A stretch of 44,825 bases of DNA from positions 1 to 44,825 of IMG/VR virus record IMGVR_UViG_3300021066_000050; one strand, written 5' to 3'. A program made the translations under genes and the position numbers. This DNA comes from a virus. Taxonomy: Duplodnaviria > Caudoviricetes. Numbering within the stretch: position 1 is the stretch's first letter; each line of letters opens with the position of its first letter. Below the pieces are notes generated by a model. That model saw only the letters and a program-made list of their open reading frames with translations, was not told where the DNA came from and did not search any database. Shown here piece by piece: positions 41,069 to 44,825 of the stretch.

Positions 41069-42346
41069 TCAGAGCGCGAGGACGTGGCAGGGGGTGCCGG
41101 CGGGCACGCGGGTGGTGCCGCCCGTGGTGGCGGACACCCAGGAGATGGCGCGCTCGCGCCGGTAGACGGTCGCGGTGAGGCAGATGTCGGTGCCGGAGTC
41201 GTTGACCTGGACGGTGGCGTACTGCTCGCGGCCCGGCCACGCGCCGCCGTCGTACTGGGTGGAGTACGAGTGGGGGGTCGCGTCGAGGCCGGCGCAGAGG
41301 AGGACGGGAAAGCCGCCGGCCCCGTTGCCCGCCGCGCTGGAGATGGCCAGGGTGTGCGCGTCGGCGTTGACCATCAGCATCCGGTCGGTCCACCCGCCGG
41401 CGGTGAGCATGTCGACCAGGTCGTCCCGCTCGTCCGTGTAGCCGGCCCACGTGTCGGAGCCGACGCCCAGCCACGGGGTGGGCATCAGCCAGACGAGCGC
41501 CTCAGCGGTGGACGTGGACAGCAGCGTGTCCAGCCAGGCGAGCTGCGCCGACCCGAGCATCGTCGACCCGGCCCGATCTGAGCGGGTGTCGGAGCTGATG
41601 AACAGGACGCGGCCGACCTGCCACGAGTGGTAGATCGGATTGCCGGAGCCGGCGGCCAGCGTGTACGACGGGACGCGCTCCCGGTACATGGCCAGGGCGT
41701 TAGCCCGGCCCGGCGCCGACGCACCCGAGTCGTTGGGCCCGTAGTCGTGGTCGTCCCACATCCACTGCCACGGCACCTCACGGTAGAGCTGGTGTTGGCG
41801 GGGCTGGGCGAGCACGTCGTCGAGCATCGACCGGTACTGCGCCAGGGTTGCCGACGCGCTGAGCCCGTGGTTGCCGGAGCCGAGGTCGTAGTAACACAGG
41901 TCCCCCAGGTGGGCGACCATCAGCCAATCCTCGTCGACCGCCTTGGCGCGGATCGTGTCGAAGATCGAGTGGTTGGACAGCCGGGACGTGGCCGAGCCGG
42001 ACACCCCGGGCGTGGTCGGGACGAGGCCGGCGTCGCCGATGCAGCCGACGGTGAAGCTGGCCGGACTGCCGGCGGCGGCCGGCGCCGTCCGAAGCTGGCC
42101 GGTCACCGTGTTGTCGACGACGCCGTTGTCCTCCACCCGCCACCAGTAGCGGGTGCCCGCAGTCAGCCCCGACAGTGACACCTTGGCGTGGTTGTTGCTC
42201 GTCGCCGTCGACGCCGACCATGTCGGCGAGGTGAAGGCGGCCGAGGTGGACACGCCCACCCGCACGGACGCCGACCCGGTGACCTTGGTCGACACCACCG
42301 CCGTCGTGTCCGTGACCGCGCCCACGGTCATCCACGTCACCGTCAT
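41069..42346 (-). CDS. PhoD-like metallophosphoesterase with N-terminal FN3-like domain
   Basis: GLTAGTRYWWRV; HLGDLCYYD, WDDHDYGPND, SDTRS, MLGSAQLAWL, DTWAGY..ER, ADAH. Confidence 0.85.
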   Translation of the reverse strand: MTVTWMTVGAVTDTTAVVSTKVTGSASVRVGVSTSAAFTSPTWSASTATSNNHAKVSLSGLTAGTRYWWRVEDNGVVDNTVTGQLRTAPAAAGSPASFTVGCIGDAGLVPTTPGVSGSATSRLSNHSIFDTIRAKAVDEDWLMVAHLGDLCYYDLGSGNHGLSASATLAQYRSMLDDVLAQPRQHQLYREVPWQWMWDDHDYGPNDSGASAPGRANALAMYRERVPSYTLAAGSGNPIYHSWQVGRVLFISSDTRSDRAGSTMLGSAQLAWLDTLLSTSTAEALVWLMPTPWLGVGSDTWAGYTDERDDLVDMLTAGGWTDRMLMVNADAHTLAISSAAGNGAGGFPVLLCAGLDATPHSYSTQYDGGAWPGREQYATVQVNDSGTDICLTATVYRRERAISWVSATTGGTTRVPAGTPCHVLAL

Positions 42347-42347
42347 G

Positions 42348-44825
42348 TCACGCCTCCACGTACGCCAGGCGCACCCGCGTACCAGCGGTGTGCTCTTTGG
42401 TGATCCCGTTGACCGACCGGACGACGGTGAACGTCTGCGGCGAGCTGGTCCCGCTGATTGCGGTTACCTCGACGACCTCCCCGCCCAGGCTCGCGTGGAA
42501 GGGGAAGTCGCCCGGCCGCTCGGCGGTGGTGATCCACCGTTGCTTGCCGCCATCAGTGGCCACGGTCAGCGACGTGTCGTCGTCGTCCGCCGCCAGCGCC
42601 AGCTCGGAGCCGGACGTGTCCAGCCGCCCCAACACCTGGTCTTCGACCACAAACACCCTCCACGGTCCGGCTGGCGAACACACCAGCCTCAGGTCCCACA
42701 CGTACTGCGCGAGCGTCTCGGTGTAGCCCTCGCAGTGCTGATCAACCGGCCCCGGCGGCAGGAACGCGGGCGTGCTCGCGATCGTCAACCGGTCCCCGCA
42801 GTCGGCCGCCGCCGCGGACTCCATCAGCGCGGTCTTGCCCGCGGCGGCCAGGGAGGCGAGGTTGACGCGGAGCACCGGGAAGCGCGCCTCATCCCACGTG
42901 CCGAGGTGCGCCCGCCACCACGCCTGCGACGGCAGCTGCTCGTCCGTCTCGACGTTGACGGTCACCTGCGTGTCGTAGCGGCCCACCCCGTCCGGCGGCG
43001 GCAGCACCGACAGTGGCCCCTCGTCCACCTCGGCGCGCGCCGACGACCCGCCCGACCGGGACGCGGTGACGTCGTTGCGCACGTACCTGTCGTCGTCGGT
43101 GGGCTCCAGCGGCGGCGCGATCTCACCGTCCGCCCCGTACGTCAGCGCCAGCGTCGGTGCCAGGTTGTAGCGGGCCGCCGCCGTCCGGTACGCCAGGCCC
43201 AGCACCTCGCGCGGCTCGTACAGGATCCCGCCGTCGACGTCCTCGCACTGGCGCAGCAGTTCCACCAGGGCCGCCACCGGCTGCACACCCATCGCCGCCG
43301 ACCGGTCCGGATCGCCGACGATGTGCACCGCGACGCCCTCTTCGCGGCAGAGGCGCTCTACCCGGCGGGCCGCCGCCTCCCCGTCGTGGCCGGTGACCGC
43401 GCCCTCCAGCACCAGCGGCCAGGTGGCCGCCGTCGGGGACGTCCACACCGCAAGGTGCCCCAGCCCGGCCTCGTCGGCGGTGCGCGGCATGATCCGCGCC
43501 GACTGCGGGCGGCCCGGCGAGCCGACGCCCACCCCGGACACCAGCACCGCGCCGTCGACGTAGATCTCCCACGTCAGCGTGCCGCCATCGTCGTATTCCC
43601 ATACCTCCACCCAGTGCGGCTCGCCGTCCAGCAGCGACGTAAGGATCGACGTGATCGACGTCGTGCCCGACTCGTTGACGCCGGACAGGGTGGTCGTGGT
43701 GGACGTCAGGACCAGACGCAGCTCGTCGTACACCCCGCCGCTCACGGTTACCGCCAGGGGCGTCCACGACGTCGACCCGGTGGCCTGGAGCCGCACGCCG
43801 ACGCCCCAGTCACCGGCCTGCGTCACCCCGGTCAGCGGGGCCGCCATCGACCCGACCGCCGCCGACCAGTCCGGCACCGGCAGCGACCCGGGGGTCTCCA
43901 CCTGCGCCCACGACACGCTGCCCTGGGTTCGCATCGCCGGCCGGCCCGGCAGCGCCGACGCGCCCTCCGTCGACCCCGACACGTCCTCCAGCGGCCAGTA
44001 GTCCACCGGCAGGAACCGCGCAGGAGTCGACGCCCCTGTCAGCGCCCGCCGGATCGCCGACCACGCCGGCGACGACCCCTGACCCAGCCGACGCAGCACC
44101 CCCGCACCAGCGATGGGCACCCACACGTCGGTGCCGGTGACGTCCCAGCGGGTCGGCCACTCGGCCACCTCGACCATGGCCCGGATCGACCAGTCAGCCA
44201 CCCCGCTCAGCACATAGACGACCGCGTGGCTGTCCCCGTCGGCGTACCCGACGCGGCCCGGCACGATGACTGTCTGCGCCCCGTCGACGCTGACGCGCCG
44301 CACCCACACCCGCATGCTCATGTACAGGTCGTCGAGGGTGTTGACGCCGGTCAGGGTCTGCTCGGCGACGAGGATCCACCCGCCGTCGCTGCCGTGCGGG
44401 GCGTCCGGCGCGCCGACATCGGCGGCCGTCGCCCAGCCCTGCACCGCGACCAGCCACCACCCGGCCTCCGTCGCCGCAGCCGTAGTCAGGGTGACGTCTG
44501 CCAGCGTGGACGACACCCCCGACAGCGTCTCCTCCACCGCCACCGCGGTGCCGTGGGCGACAGCCGACACGGCCACGTAGCCCTGGGCGGTGCTGGCCGT
44601 CGCCGTGCGGGTGCCGGTCGCGCCGGCCGCCGCCACTGCCTCGTACCCTGTGCGCAGCGTCGAGTAGGTGCCGTCGGTCTCCGCCGGCCCGGACGACATG
44701 CCGCCCGGAAGCGTGTAGGTGACCGGGTTGTCGGCCATCCACCCGCACACCAGCAGACCCGCGCCCGTCGCCGTGACAGACGGGGCGACGTGGGACGTGG
44801 ACGCCGTCGCCGTCCCGTCCCCGGC
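42348..44825 (-). CDS. large tail-tip/minor tail protein (5' end beyond window end)
   Basis: Frame is open to base 44825; YWPLED, RVERLCREEG, CEDVDGGILYE, VRNDVTASR motifs. Confidence 0.85.
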   Translation of the reverse strand, partial: AGDGTATASTSHVAPSVTATGAGLLVCGWMADNPVTYTLPGGMSSGPAETDGTYSTLRTGYEAVAAAGATGTRTATASTAQGYVAVSAVAHGTAVAVEETLSGVSSTLADVTLTTAAATEAGWWLVAVQGWATAADVGAPDAPHGSDGGWILVAEQTLTGVNTLDDLYMSMRVWVRRVSVDGAQTVIVPGRVGYADGDSHAVVYVLSGVADWSIRAMVEVAEWPTRWDVTGTDVWVPIAGAGVLRRLGQGSSPAWSAIRRALTGASTPARFLPVDYWPLEDVSGSTEGASALPGRPAMRTQGSVSWAQVETPGSLPVPDWSAAVGSMAAPLTGVTQAGDWGVGVRLQATGSTSWTPLAVTVSGGVYDELRLVLTSTTTTLSGVNESGTTSITSILTSLLDGEPHWVEVWEYDDGGTLTWEIYVDGAVLVSGVGVGSPGRPQSARIMPRTADEAGLGHLAVWTSPTAATWPLVLEGAVTGHDGEAAARRVERLCREEGVAVHIVGDPDRSAAMGVQPVAALVELLRQCEDVDGGILYEPREVLGLAYRTAAARYNLAPTLALTYGADGEIAPPLEPTDDDRYVRNDVTASRSGGSSARAEVDEGPLSVLPPPDGVGRYDTQVTVNVETDEQLPSQAWWRAHLGTWDEARFPVLRVNLASLAAAGKTALMESAAAADCGDRLTIASTPAFLPPGPVDQHCEGYTETLAQYVWDLRLVCSPAGPWRVFVVEDQVLGRLDTSGSELALAADDDDTSLTVATDGGKQRWITTAERPGDFPFHASLGGEVVEVTAISGTSSPQTFTVVRSVNGITKEHTAGTRVRLAYVEA

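Overview
This window is a high-GC actinomycete temperate siphovirus genome. It appears near-complete and circularly permuted: one tail gene is split across the two window ends, and the att site is in the attP (excised) configuration. The minus strand carries the virion module (terS, endonuclease VII, terL, portal-MuF fusion, ClpP protease, HK97 capsid, head-tail and tail genes, frameshifting chaperones, tape measure, tail tip, PhoD-like enzyme), lysis genes and an early operon (Xis/Cro, WhiB, YqaJ/RecT, initiator with internal origin). An XRE repressor and a tyrosine integrase sit beside an attP whose core is the 3' half of a CAU-anticodon tRNA. The most striking part is 32.1-38.9 kb, between attP and lysis. 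It encodes an FtsK/SpoIIIE TraB-like translocase followed by a clt-like cluster of 8-mer repeats, Spd-like membrane proteins, a GntR and HTH regulators with a duplicated palindromic operator. That is an actinomycete dsDNA-conjugation module inside an apparently intact phage (candidate conjugative prophage). All product calls come from motif recognition and synteny; no database search was run.
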